Shown: in pieces, positions 25,771 to 38,221 of the stretch
Numbering within the stretch: position 1 is the stretch's first letter
Layout of the letters: every line of letters begins with the position of its first letter
Assembly: GCF_009834535.1 (NCBI RefSeq)
Contig: NC_045697.1
Span: forward strand, 55,430,001-55,494,000
Direction of reading: 5' to 3'
DNA length: 64,000 bases
From: Camelus ferus
Lineage: Eukaryota
The notes under the pieces: model-generated
The model's input: the letters and a program-made list of their open reading frames with translations, nothing else
The model's database searches: none
Told to the model about the DNA's origin: nothing
Translations under genes and position numbers: made by a program

Positions 25771-26989
25771 TTGAATAATAGTACTTTGGACTTATAAACT
25801 CAGAATTATGCTGGCATCATAGAATTTGTACATTCATTTAAGTTGTTGAATTTATTGGTTGGCTTAAAGTTATTTACATTATTGCCTATTTATCCTTCTG
25901 TGTCTAATAATTCCTATAATTACATCCACTAACTCCATGTTTATAATGAAAACATTTTTGTTTTCTGGTCATTTTTGCTAAGTATAATATTTGAGTCACC
26001 AATGAGTATGCTTCCATTGATTTATGCCTCCATTTATTTATCTTTTGATTATGTATTACATTTTCTGGTTATTTGTATGTCTTCTAATATGTAATATTAT
26101 AAATATATGAAATAATATAATTATAATACATATTATATACAAATAATACATATAAATAGATGAAACATATATGTATATACAATCTCAATGGAGAGGAAAC
26201 TATATTTTGCTTTGCTTTGTTTGTTTTTTCCCAGAGGGTACACATCCTTTCTTTTGTGTAGAAGCTTGAGTTGAGGGATTTTAGAATTTAATGAAATTGA
26301 GATAATTTTTAGATAATTCAGCTCCCAGTTCTTGTACTACCATTACAGATTGCTGAGGGTCTTACCCAGGTACTGGTTGAGCAAGGAGGGAGTTTACGTT
26401 CCAATGTTGTCATCTGTTCTTGGAGAATCAAAATCAAATCACTAGGCTAATGTTCAGATTACATAAACTCTCTACTTTTAATGATGTATTTCTGCTAACT
26501 CAGTAAAATTCTGGGGTAGGGAAAGGGTATTTTATGAAACTAAGTAATTTTGCATTTCAGGCTATTCTTAGTTATAGTCTGTCTTTCCAATTAAAGGTTT
26601 TTCAATTTCTCCTGACCCTGTAAAGTCTACATCAGGCCAACTAACCCTCTGCTGTTTGAACCAGAGTCTAGGGATGGATGTTACTTTGGCTCCGTGCTCA
26701 ATTTTGAACTGCTTCTTCTCTCTGGGATTTGCTTCCCTGATGTTTTCTTTGTACTCATTGCTTTTCAAACTTTTACTTTCCTGTTTATTGAACAATCCAT
26801 ATGAAACCATTATTAAAAAAAAACCCCTGTTTTCTCTACCTTTTAAATGTATCCCAATTCTGTACCATTATATCACTTCAGTAACTTTAGAAGAGCAGCG
26901 ATCACATTTTTGTGGACAACCACAGCGGACTGTAAACTATCCCTGTATTCAGTGTTATCCTCCATTTTATGTTTCTCACAAATAAGTAT

Positions 26990-27665
26990 AGGATTGCATC
27001 ATTTCGTTATCTAAATGCCCCAGTAGCTTCCATCAGACTCAGAAAATAAAAAACAAAAACACCTAATTCCAAATTTGTTACCATGGTAAACTTGAATGAT
27101 CTAGCCCCCAGCCACTTTTTCAAATTCACTAATAATCTCCACTATCTTTAATTTTTATCAAAAAAAGGATGTGGTGTCATTTTCTCTACTCAGGGAATTA
27201 ATTTATATTTTCATTTCCCTGGGTTTGCAAAGTCCTTTTTTCAAACATTCACATGACTCATCCTTCACTTCATTTATAAAATTTTATCAAAATTACCTCT
27301 CCTGATCACTCTGTATAAAATAGCAGATCATACCCTCTCACCACATCATTAGCTAACAAATCATCCACTTTTTAAAATCTTCCCTTCATTGTACTTTTTA
27401 TTATCTAGCTGACATTTTATTTTGAATCTGTTTATTCATTTGTGCTCTTATAATGACATTTTTGCACTGTCGTGTAGTTCTACTTTTCTTTAAATAGAAA
27501 GTAAACTCATTGAGTTCTTGGCAATGTCTCATTTCTTTTGCAATTTCCATGGCATAACTACATCCATGTTACAAAAATTCCTTACAGGGGTGAATTTTGT
27601 CTGTCTTGTTCTTTGCTTAAATTCTGACAACTGAAATGTTCTACTTAATAAATCTTTGATGAATA
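26990..27665 (+). mobile_element. L2 3' region
   Basis: ATGATCTAGCCCCCAGCC, CACATGACTCATCCTTCACTTCATT, TTTTGTCTGTCTTGTTC...TAATAAATCTTTGATGAAT. Confidence 0.6.
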
Positions 27666-27949
27666 TTTTCTTAATTAATATTTTGTACCCCATGAGAATT
27701 CAGTGAGTACTTGCTCAATTAAATTGCAGTTTTCCTAATGTTAATCATGCCATCAAGAAGTTTTTCATCAGATTATATGTTTTCAGAGGATAGTTCTGGC
27801 AGTCTCTCTCTCTCTCTTTTTTTTTTTTTTTTGGTAGGGAAGTTTCCAAATACTATTATGGGACATTTATTCTTCTTTATTAGTATAGCAGCTATTTTCA
27901 TTCTTAGCTGACAGTCTAAGGAAATGACCTGGGAAAATTGAGCAATTAT

Positions 27950-28266
27950 GCAATATAGAGTACAGTAGCTGCGAGCCACAGTGTGTACTAAGTACTTGAA
28001 ATGTGGCTAGTCCCAATTCAGATGTTCAGTAAGTATGATATGCATACTAGAGTTTTGAAAGCTTATTAAGAAGAAAATAATGTAAAATATTTTCATTTTA
28101 TATTGATTACATATCAAAAATATAAAATGTTGGGTAATTGGGTTAAATAGAATACATGGCTGTATTTTATCTCTTTTTATGTTTTAAAATATGGCTACTA
28201 GAAATTTTAAAATCACAAAAGAGACTCCCATTTGTGGCTTGCACTGTATTTCTTTCGGACAGCATG
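27950..28266 (-). mobile_element. MER33/MER3-like hAT-Charlie non-autonomous DNA transposon
   Basis: CACTTGAAATGTGGCTAG-like core (TACTTGAAATGTGGCTAGTCC), ATGGCTACTAGAAATTTTAAAAT and terminal TATTTCTTTCGGACAGCATG. Confidence 0.8.
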
Positions 28267-29987
28267 GGACTAAAATGAGATGAAACAGAAGGGTAAATGG
28301 GAGGAATAGTTAATTTTTTATAAGGAAATTTCCTCACATGCTTTCTTTCTTAGCATTTCAAACTCCCTATAATTCTTAATAGGCATATCTACTAGTTATA
28401 TGGTTATTCGCTCTGGTATTTTGAACTTTATGGCATGTCCCTGGCTACTTGGAATGATTTGACATAGAAATTGGATTCTATCAAGAACTTTGGTGAGAAA
28501 ACATTTATACAGTATTAAAGACTCCTAGCTCAGTCTTTAAACATGACCCATCAACAAACAGAATTAACGCTGATTGTCAAGTGCTGAAACTCAAACATTG
28601 GTTAGTGGTATCGATAATTATTGAGTAACTTTAGACTTTTTTCCAGTCAGAGTAGTAAGCCCATGTAGTGGATGGTGGTGCAAGAGTGTATAATTGTAAG
28701 TGAGATGCAAAATTCTATGCTTGTTTAGATGATGAGTAAAGAAATGACAGACATATTACTATCAAGATTATGCCATATGTGGAACAATCAAGTGAAGAGA
28801 GGTTTACCTCAAATTACTTACCGTGAGACTGCTGCTTTTTTAGTAACATGTTTCAAAGAGGAAAGGCATACTGTAGGTAACGGGTTCAAAGAAAGGTTTT
28901 GAAATCTATAGCTTTCTGATATGGGTGTGACCATGTTACTGCAATAAGTACTGCTAACATCTGGTACCTCTTTCTGTGTGCATAGAAATCAAATAACTTA
29001 TTAGTATTGATGCTGAATTTAACTTATGGGATATAAAAGCTTCTTCCACTTCTGAATTTCATGATTATATATAAGAATAATCAATTTGATGTGGTCATAA
29101 AGGGATTTAGAAAGGACTGAAAATTCTGGTGCCTGTTGCCTATAATAGCCGATTAATTCTAGAAATCTTAACTGATGCCTCTGCAGAGATTTTTGTTAGC
29201 TTTCATTCTTTCATCATACAATGCTCAAACTTTTGCTAATCATGTCCATGGGTAGGATACTGGCAATTGGTAAAGCTAGAGCTTTCCCATAGAAGCTTGA
29301 GGAGTTTAACTAATTTGCCTGAGATCCGTTTACCCCTTTACCTATAGAAAACATCACCTCCAACAAAGGGGAAAACAAGATGCCAAGTTATCAGGTTTGA
29401 TTTTCTCATCAACTGGACCTTGGAATTAATAAACTAATAATACCTTCTAGGAGAAATAAGCTTTATTTCCATAATGTCCTCAACAGGATGTCCCTGGCTA
29501 AGAATCACTTACATTTCTATCCCCGATTAAGAATTATTTACAGCAAATAGAATCCTAAAAGGCTTGGTTTTGTGAAGAATGTCGCAAAAGCTATACAACT
29601 CATTAGTTTATTAAATTCAGCTTTTTCATACTTTAAATGTTCATATTCTGTGAAGAGCCCAATAAACATAACTTAAAGACCTCACCTATTCTGGGCTGGG
29701 AAGCTCATGTCCAATATAGAAAGAAAGGACCTTCAGAGCTGCCTCAATACCATGGGTCTCTCTCTACATCATCTGAAACTTCTGATTGACCATATTTTTG
29801 AATTAATTTTTAGAGCTTGATACTGGGCAAGATGACTAATTCATATTAGTCTAATTTGACAATAAGATACTTTGTGTTCAGTAAAGTTCTTATGAACCTG
29901 TTCATAATAAACAAAGTAAATACATTAGCAAATGCTTTTTGGTTAGGAGAAAAAGAAGTTCATGTGCATACTATATCAAAGTACATC

Positions 29988-30646
29988 TGTTGCCAATAGA
30001 TGCAACCGGTGTTCCAGGTTCTTGTCCCGTCCCAGAAAGAATTCAGAGACAAGACTTAGAGGTTAAAAAAAGGTAAAGTGAGGATTTATTAAAGGATAGA
30101 TAGTACACTCTCAGGGGAGAGCGGGCAGGCTCAGGTGAGCGGCTGCCCTGAGTTTCTTTGGCAAGTTAGCTACATAGGGTGTAAAAATGAATGGGCGGAA
30201 TATTCACTGGGGAGGGAAGGATTTGGGGTCGTATTCCCTGATTATCATCCCAACTCCACCTTCCCAAAGGGAGGAGGGATTTTTGTCCTTATTTAGTCTG
30301 TATCGGAAGTGTCATGGCGTCGGTGCATGATGGGTACTTCTGATCTGCAAGGCTAATTTTATTGAAATGAGGGCATAAAGAGCAAAAGGTTACATTCGGA
30401 CACTAGAATTCCTGCCTTTTCTCACCTTTCTTTGTTCTTCTCCAGGCCACTTGTCATCCCAAAAGGCATGATCCCTTATCAGCCCCAAGGTTCCTGCTTT
30501 TCTTTCTCTGCCCCAAGGATCCCTGCTGCTTACATGATGTGTGGTTTCCTGCATTTGGCCTGTGCCCCTCCTTTCTGCCCAATTCCTGCCATTTGGTCTG
30601 TGTCCCCCGTTCTCTGCTCATATCTAGCTATCTGCCTGCTCTAACA
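29988..30646 (-). mobile_element. ERV1-class solo LTR (MER39-like), 659 bp, complete
   Basis: TGTT...AACA termini; perfect 4-bp TSD CATC (29984-29987, 30647-30650); minus-strand AATAAA at 30085-30090; several CpGs retained; paralogue at 210-803. Confidence 0.92.
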
Positions 30647-31233
30647 CATCATTTCTGTGGGATTTCTGTGGGAATTTTGTTGTTGACTAACCATGGTGTA
30701 AAAAAAAATTTTTTTTAAATATGGCAGTAAACCTCTGAAACATTATAGTCCAAGTATACTGCTGACTTTCCCTGATGAATGCAAGCAAATCTCTACTATC
30801 TAAAAAAAAAAAGTTCTATTACATCATAGCATTTACTATAAGGAAATATGGTGGAGAAGATATTTTTCATAAGTACTACAGAAAATCATATGAAGCCTAA
30901 TATTTAAAATGTCCTTAATGCTATTCAAATCTATATTGTCTACTTTTGGCTTTTTTTTTTTTTTAAGCTATAGGAATATAGGTGTTAGGAGGGCATGGTG
31001 AAAGGTATTGCTAAGCCCTTGTCAATTAATGTTTCAATTATTCAGTCTTGGCTTCCAGTTTCAGTATGTAATGTAGGTGATCAAAAAAAGAACAGAACAA
31101 GACAAGTGATTTGCAGGTCCCATACCTACTTGTCCTTGGGTATACTTGGACAGAAATTTATGGCATTTGAATACAGTCCATTCTTTGAGAGCAAAACTCA
31201 AGACTATAGAACAGCTGGTGGTAAAAGACAAGT

Positions 31234-31800
31234 TGTAAGTACAGAGAGTATCACAGACCAGTTTCCTGGTTGAAACAGGGTCTGGTCTTAAAATCTGGTT
31301 TGAGTTGGCCTCTGCAACTTAACGTGAGTGTGTATCAAGTAAGGATGTGAAGGAAAAACCAGGCTGGTCTAACAAGATAACCCACAAGTCTAGGAATGTG
31401 AAGGAGAGGCTGGGCTGGGCTAACAAGATAACTCACAAATCTAAGTATTGGAATACTGATCTGAGTTCTGCTAGACTAACTTGTAAATCTAGGTTAATTA
31501 GTGTTGGTTTGCTGTTCATGTCTTTTGCTAGCCAGCTGGGTTTTCAAAGATACATATCTGGCTTTGGAATGTTGGTTTGCTGCCTCTCCACCTCCACTTT
31601 TGTGATGATAATGATGTTCCATGCCTATTGGCCGAATACCCCAAGCTTGTACTTTACCCTATAAAACCTCATGCGCACGTCTTGGAGGTGCTCAGAGCTT
31701 CGGAGCAGAAGCCCCTCTGAGCCCGCCGGCGTAATACATCTGAGTACTCCAACCCTCCGAGTGGTGCTTGTTTCTTGACTGGCCTGTGGTTTCCGTAACA
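31234..31800 (+). mobile_element. Young ERV1/gammaretrovirus-like solo LTR, 567 bp
   Basis: TGTAAG...GTAACA termini; U3 tandem repeat 31341-31443; ATTGG 31627-31631; TATAAAA 31660-31666; AATACA 31733-31738; CpG-rich R region. TSD not clean (AAGT versus AGGA). Confidence 0.85.
31627..31700 (+). promoter_or_regulatory. LTR core promoter candidate (inverted CCAAT plus TATA box)
   Basis: ATTGG at 31627 and TATAAAA at 31660 in the expected U3 position; activity not demonstrable from sequence. Confidence 0.5.
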
Positions 31801-32207
31801 AGGAGAAGACACAAACTGTCTTTGATTAGTAGAAAGTAAAGAGACAAGGGCACGCTGCACCAAAAGCATACAGTATAAAGTTCCAAATGAATGAAAAAAC
31901 CATTAAAGAGCAATCTAAGGCCACTAAAGTAGCTCATTTAAAACAACGTATAAGCTGGCCAGGTGAGAGCACCGCATCACTCAAACACAAGCACAGTGAA
32001 TTAATTATCTGAGTGAAGAATGAAAGGACTAGTATAAGGATCTGACAGGAAAATTTTAAAGACAGATCTTTATTGGTCTAAAAGAAAATGATATTGTCCC
32101 TTTTGGGACTGGTAATTAGTCCAATGTGTGACTATTGAGCAGTCTTAAGCACATGTATATTTTCACTAAGGTTTGGAATAGGCTGCAAAAAATGTTTGGA
32201 TCATTGT

Positions 32208-32385
32208 GCCTGTTTGTCTATCATCTGTGTGTCTGTCTATAAATGTATCCATCTGTCATGTAATGTCATGTCATAGGTATAAATACATATCTGTATCTAT
32301 CATCTATCTATGTGTCTAGGTATCTCTGTATGTATGTTTCTGCAGTCTGTCATCTAAGTATCTTTGTGTCTGTCTGTCTATGTTA
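32208..32385. repeat. Degenerate (TCTA/TGTC)n microsatellite
   Basis: Mixed TCTG, TCTA and TGTA units. Confidence 0.75.
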
Positions 32386-35300
32386 CCTTGACATTAGAAG
32401 CAATAAGTATGTGAGAAAGTTCATATGTACATCCCCAAGACTCAGAAAAAAAAAACTCCCTCTGTCAAATTCTGATGCCAGTCCTTCTATCAACAGATGC
32501 TGATACTCACCACTTATTTGTTAAACACCTCGTAGGTATAGGTTGTATGTTGGATACAAAAATTATGAAGATCTTCCCTGATCTTCCAATCAGATCTAAG
32601 TTGTGAAGTGTATGTAAAAGACATCATGTAACACTACTTTTAGTAGTTATTCCCCTTTTTTGGAGTATGATGAAAACCCAGACATTATTTTTATGTGTCT
32701 CTAGAGCTCCCTTTTAAATTTGAGAGCCTGGTTCTGATAAAGAAGTACCCACTTGGATCCACGGGGCAGTAAGCACAGATTCATGTAGATTTTAAATTGC
32801 TCTCAGGGTCACTTAAGAAGCTTTTGGAATAATTGGATGAAGGCTGTACTGTAGTTGTGTATTTGGAGTCCGTCTGGAATACTCATTACATCTCCACTTG
32901 AAGTCAGCATCCCACATAGAGAGTTGCAGCTGTATTGGCAGTTAGGCGAAATTCATATTTCTGTTTAGCAGCATCATTGTGAATCATGGTAAAGGGAAAC
33001 ATTTATTTCTTATAAAACTTTCCACAGATGTACATCTCCCTAAGCTTTGTGAGTCTATTTCTAACTCATATGCCAGAGACAGAGCTATTATTGCTTACTA
33101 CAATATTGTTTTCAACATAAGAACTCAATCTCTCATCCGCACTGCCAGAATATTTATTCTGTTGATTACATTGAAGCAAAGTACAAATAAAATGATTCTG
33201 GGGAAAAATGGAACAAACCCTTGAATAAACTTACCCATATTTAGTAAGAAGCTTGTAATGAATGTGATATCCAATGGAGATATAACCAAGTAGGTTGCCA
33301 GGTTTGAGGAGGCAGTGGAAGAGTTTGCAACAAAACTTAAATTTATCCCTGACACTTAACCCAACTGCCACTGCCTTAGTCTTTTCTATTTTATGTCCTA
33401 AATCAGTGAAAGGCTTTTTTCAAGATCCTGAAAAAGAAATGTACAGACACATCTGGCATTAGAATTCTGGGATCAAAACAGTGGTGAAAATGAAAGCTCT
33501 GTCATCCTCTGAGTGAAGGCACAACACGTTGGATTTCAGTTCTGTGACTTACACGTTAGGATATACGAAAGATGCACAAAGTCTGGAAAATGCTGAAAAG
33601 TATCTTTAACGTAACTTATAAGAGTCAGGTGATCATTATGTAAGGGAATATGTACTGTCAATTCTCTAGGTTTTTCATTTGGTAACATCAAATTTAAATA
33701 GGTAAGAGAAAGACAAACAGTTGCAGGTGTCTTCTGCTACCCCAGTGAACAGAGATTACTATAATCTCTCACTCCTTTCCTCTACAGTATCCCAGAGGAG
33801 AGAAATGATGCTTCATATAAAGTAATATGATGATGGTAAAAATAAAACTGACACAATAGCACCATCATCTCCTTGTGTCTATTCCATGGGGAACTAAAAA
33901 ACCATGTTTACCAAACAGTACAAGCTGTTATCTGTAGATTTAGAACAGGAGCCACAATATTAGTGCTGTCCAATTCAATATCTTTTCTATCTTTGCATAC
34001 TCAAATAATCATAATTCAATGTTTAGCCAGAAACAACTTTATTTTCCTGATTAATCCTGACATCTTTCCCCCTCTTTTCCATTAGGGCTATCATGCTTAC
34101 TTTTGTGTCTCACACTTGCCTATTTGTTTCCAATCACACACAATAAGTCACTTAACTTTCATTTTATTCCTACTGTATCTCCAGTTAAATATCCTCTAAC
34201 TTGTTTTGAGGATATCCATGTCCCTATTCCCTGAAACCCTGTCTTAGCAACGGAAAAAAAGAAGATGGAATAGAAACTCAGAGAGATCCTAAGCATAAAA
34301 TCCACAAAAGCTATAGGTACAGTTTTGTGTCTCATTTGAATAAAAATACATGAAAGAACTGGTGTTTGTTAGCATGAGCCTTATTACACTATTCTGATCT
34401 GACCTTCGAATGCCAAACTTCCTGTGAATTACATAAACATAAAATAACAACATAACAACACACTTAGAGAATTTAAATTCCTGTTCAGTTTCAATGCAAA
34501 GCTGTTGTCATTCTTGGCATCATCCCAGGTTTTGATCTAGCAAGCCAAGGCAAGCAAGGAGACCATTGGCAGCCCCTGCTTGCACTGCAGACCCCAAACA
34601 GGTGATTGGAGAAGAGCAAAGAGGGTAACTGACCCTTTTTTTTTTTTTTTGGCTCATCTGAAAATAAAGGACACATGGAATCATTGGCTTAGCTTTACAG
34701 TTTCGACTAATGATGGAAGGAAACACAGAGAACCCTTGAGGTGAGAAGAGAAAGAAGATATATTTTTTCAGTTTCCTGAAAATATTTATTACAGTGTTAA
34801 AACAGAAAGCCCACGCTGGGATTACAGTCAGCCCCTGCCTCTCCGTGGCAGGGAGGTAGTCAGTGGTGCTGTCTTCTTTCAGAAGTAACTGTCTTTACAG
34901 ACCACTTCTCCCCATTCTGCGTGCTTTACCTGCTTCCTCCCAAGGTCGGGAGAGCCTAATGGGTCTGGTTTACTTTTAACCAGCTCTCTGCAGCTTTGCC
35001 TAAAAAAGTAGCTCCCAAGATCCAGACATTTCAGCTCATTTGCCAAGCCCAGCATCTGGCAATAATGTACAATGTAGCTGCTTCTCTTTCCTTTGATTGT
35101 CTCAAAATGGCTTCTTTTTATTTGTTCTGGTTATGTGTATAACACACAGAATGTCTCTGAACACTACTTCTAATGTGTCTGTGTATGTGTGTGCTTAAAT
35201 TACTTAGTTTTATTTACTTTGTTTGAAATTATCGCAGGTTAAAAAGGGAAGAAAAATAGGGAGAAAAATATTTAAAAAAAATAGAAATACCTAATTCCCA

Positions 35301-35899
35301 GCAAATTCCTCTTGATGTGGCAGTTCCTCCTATATAACCACATCTAAGTTATCCAGAAGCAAGAACTAAATCCAAATCTAATACATGCTAGATAAAGGGT
35401 GAATGGCTTATCTTGGGCCACCACAGACTTTTTCATCTTTCTGTCAGGGAGAGGTGTGAGGTTGAAACTAGAGCGAACGACTGGCATAACTTTTAGGATA
35501 CTCTGGGTCCAGGTCTGCAGTTTTTAAACTTCTATCTTCAGCAACTCAGCAGCTTCCGAGTGAGCTATTGAGCTAGGACTGATTTGGAAAGCTGGTGAGT
35601 ATTTTTGGCAGGAGTGGCACAGAGTCAAAAAGCTTCGGAAGGTGCTGTGAAGTACAACCTGGGCAGCAAGAAGTGGCTCAGGAGGCTCTTCATTTTCAAC
35701 TTAATCTTAAACACCCTGTGATCCTCGACTTCCTTCTTATCCAATATCATGCTCATCCTCTTGTGAATATGAAAAGAGAAAACATACAGAAGTGTAGCTA
35801 GATTATAATGCGGCTAGAATCAGAGTTAAAGAACAGAGCAAGTGAAGTGGCTGATATTCTCATCACTTAGACACTGGAGTTCTTAGTTATGCATCTACT

Positions 35900-36115
35900 A
35901 TTTTTATTACATTACCTGTGTCCATCATAGCCCTAGACATCTTACATTCATGTTCTTATATGTTCATAGATCAACTTAGAAGACAATTACCGTATGTATT
36001 CATTTTATATAAGAGGAAACTAAATTCAAAGGCAGGTTAGTGGCTGGCAGAAGTCTCACATAGCACGTGTGTGGAATAGAAGTGGTTCACTTTCAGGTTT
36101 TTAGAACTCTGACCT
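35900..36115 (-). mobile_element. MIR SINE
   Basis: CATTTTATATAAGAGGAAACTAAATTCAAAGG...GTCTCACATAGC is an antisense MIR core. Confidence 0.6.
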
Positions 36116-36369
36116 TTGTGTTCTCACCATCCTTATGCTCCATTCATCTAGGGTCCATCTCTGAAAACTGAATGGATGGAGAAAGCAAGTAAGGCAGATG
36201 TGACACATCTGTTACAAGGAAGGAATCCCAGTATCTGATACATGATTTTTGTGTTATAAATCAATCCCAGATGAGTCATTCGGTTTGAGCAAATATTTGA
36301 GAGTAGTCTATGTGCAGAGTCATTTAGCAGCTGGCAGTATTCAGTGTATCACTTTTTGTGACAATAATG

Positions 36370-36590
36370 AGCCTGGGTTTTGGTGGTAAGAGCTCGATGT
36401 TTTCCACTAACTAGTTATCTGATCCTAAATAACCTAATTTAGCAAGAGCAATAAAATCTATAAAATAAAAACAATGATAATACCTACTTTATAGGATGCC
36501 TATAAAAACTGATAATAAAAAATATATAAAATACTTATCATCGTGCCTGATACAATATAGTGAGACATTGATGAATGCAAATTGTTTATA
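36370..36590 (+). mobile_element. MIR SINE
   Basis: CCACTAACTAGTT...CTATAAAAT...GATAATACCTACTTTATAGGATG...ACTTATCATCGTGCCTGATACA. Confidence 0.65.
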
Positions 36591-36654
36591 GTAGTGTAAT
36601 TGTTAACATCTTCCTCAAGTCACAAATGACTTTAAAATATTTAAATGACTTTTA

Positions 36655-37665
36655 AAAATAAATATGACTTACTTAAATATGTTTAAATAAATATTGAGGT
36701 ATTACTGATATACTAAAAAACTGGACATGTTTAATTTATATAATATGAGATATGCATATACCTATGAAAACACCACCACAATCAAGGTAATAAACAGATC
36801 TATCAGCTCCAAAAGTACTGCCCCCTACTTTGTATGCATGCTAAAAACATGTAGCATGAGCTCTACCCTCTTAAGTTTTTAAGTGTACAATTCTGAATTG
36901 TTAACTATAATCATGATGTTATGAAACAGATCTCTATCACTATAGGTCTTAAACAACTGAAATTTTATACCCATTGACCAACAACTCCACATTTCCCTAT
37001 CTCCCTAGCCCCTGGCAACCACTATTCTACTCTTCATTTTTATGAGTTCAACTACTTAAAATATCTCCTAAGTGGACTTCTACGGTATTTGTCCATCTGT
37101 GATTGTTTTATTTTGCTTAGCATAATGTCCTCCAAGTGTATCCACATTGTTGCATATGGCAAGGAAAAGGACTTGAATAAATATCTCTCCAAAGAAGATA
37201 TGCAAATTACCAACAGGTACATGAAAAGATGCTCAACATCACTAATCATCAGGGAAATGCAAATCAAAACCACAATGAAATTATCACCTCACACCTGTTT
37301 GGAAGGCTATCCTCAAAAACAAAAGATAAACAATTGTTGGCAAGGTTGTAGAATAATTGGCACACTTGTATACTCTTGGTGGGAATGTAAAATGGCATAG
37401 CGACTGTGGAAAGCATTCTGTAGGTTCCTCAGAAACTTACACATGAAACTACCGTATGATCCGGCAACCCCACTTCTGGATATATAACCAAAAGAACTGA
37501 AATCAGAGGCTCTAAGAGATAGCTTCACTCCTATGCTCACTGCGGCATTATTTACAATAGCCAAGATATAGAAACAATCTAAATGTTCATCAGCAGATGA
37601 ACAGATTTTTACAATGTGGTACATACATACAATGAAATATTCAACCTTAAAAAAGAAGGAAATTC
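36655..37665 (-). mobile_element. L1MA/MB-type 3' end with 5' inversion
   Basis: Antisense 3' UTR to about 37160 (CCCTGGCAACCACTATTCTACTCT), then sense ORF2 C-terminus 37165-37665 (ORF 37089..37400 KDLNKYLSKEDMQITNRYMKRCSTSLIIREMQIKTTM); candidate TSD AA[A/G]TGACTTTTA at 36643-36654 and 37666-37677. Confidence 0.88.
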
Positions 37666-38221
37666 AAGTGACTTTTATGGTGTAAGGGTGGAAGGAGTTA
37701 GGGTTGGGGTTAGAAGAGGGTTTCCATCTCTACCCTGGTTTGTTGGTAGATCTTGTGTTGATTCTGTAGAGCACCTTTTGGAAATTCTAAGGTTTGAAGC
37801 ATCTTCTCTTTTACATCCTCAAGATCTGGTTGGGCATCCTAGCCCTATCTTTCATTTGGGGATTTTGAATGACTTCAGCCTTGGAAATTGGAGTCAGTAG
37901 AGTCAATAGGGTTTCAGGTTAAATAAGTGGTCTTTTCCTGCTGACTTTATTTCTATTCTGTTGTCTCACTGCTTTCTTGCTTTTTCCAGCCCAAGATATG
38001 GAATCACATTTGAATATAGGTTGGAGAGTGGAAAAGAAGGGGAAAAAACTCAGTAATTTCTCTAAATGTAACCTGTTCTGCCTCAGATCTGAGCCTTTTG
38101 AGACTTGAAAGAAAGAGTTAGAAATTAGACTGACGAAGAGAAATTCAGTCTAACACTCTTATTTAGGTTAGGTTTTAAAAGTTACTTAGGAATCAATGAA
38201 AAAAAAGACTGTGGTTCTGTG

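Noticed and set aside
210..30646. Single provirus bounded by the two related LTRs
   Set aside because: 30 kb apart, clearly diverged, the right LTR has its own TSD, and the interval is host DNA with older repeats.
38125..38153. 9-bp hairpin TTAGACTGA/TCAGTCTAA
   Set aside because: Short stems like this are expected by chance in AT-rich DNA of this length.
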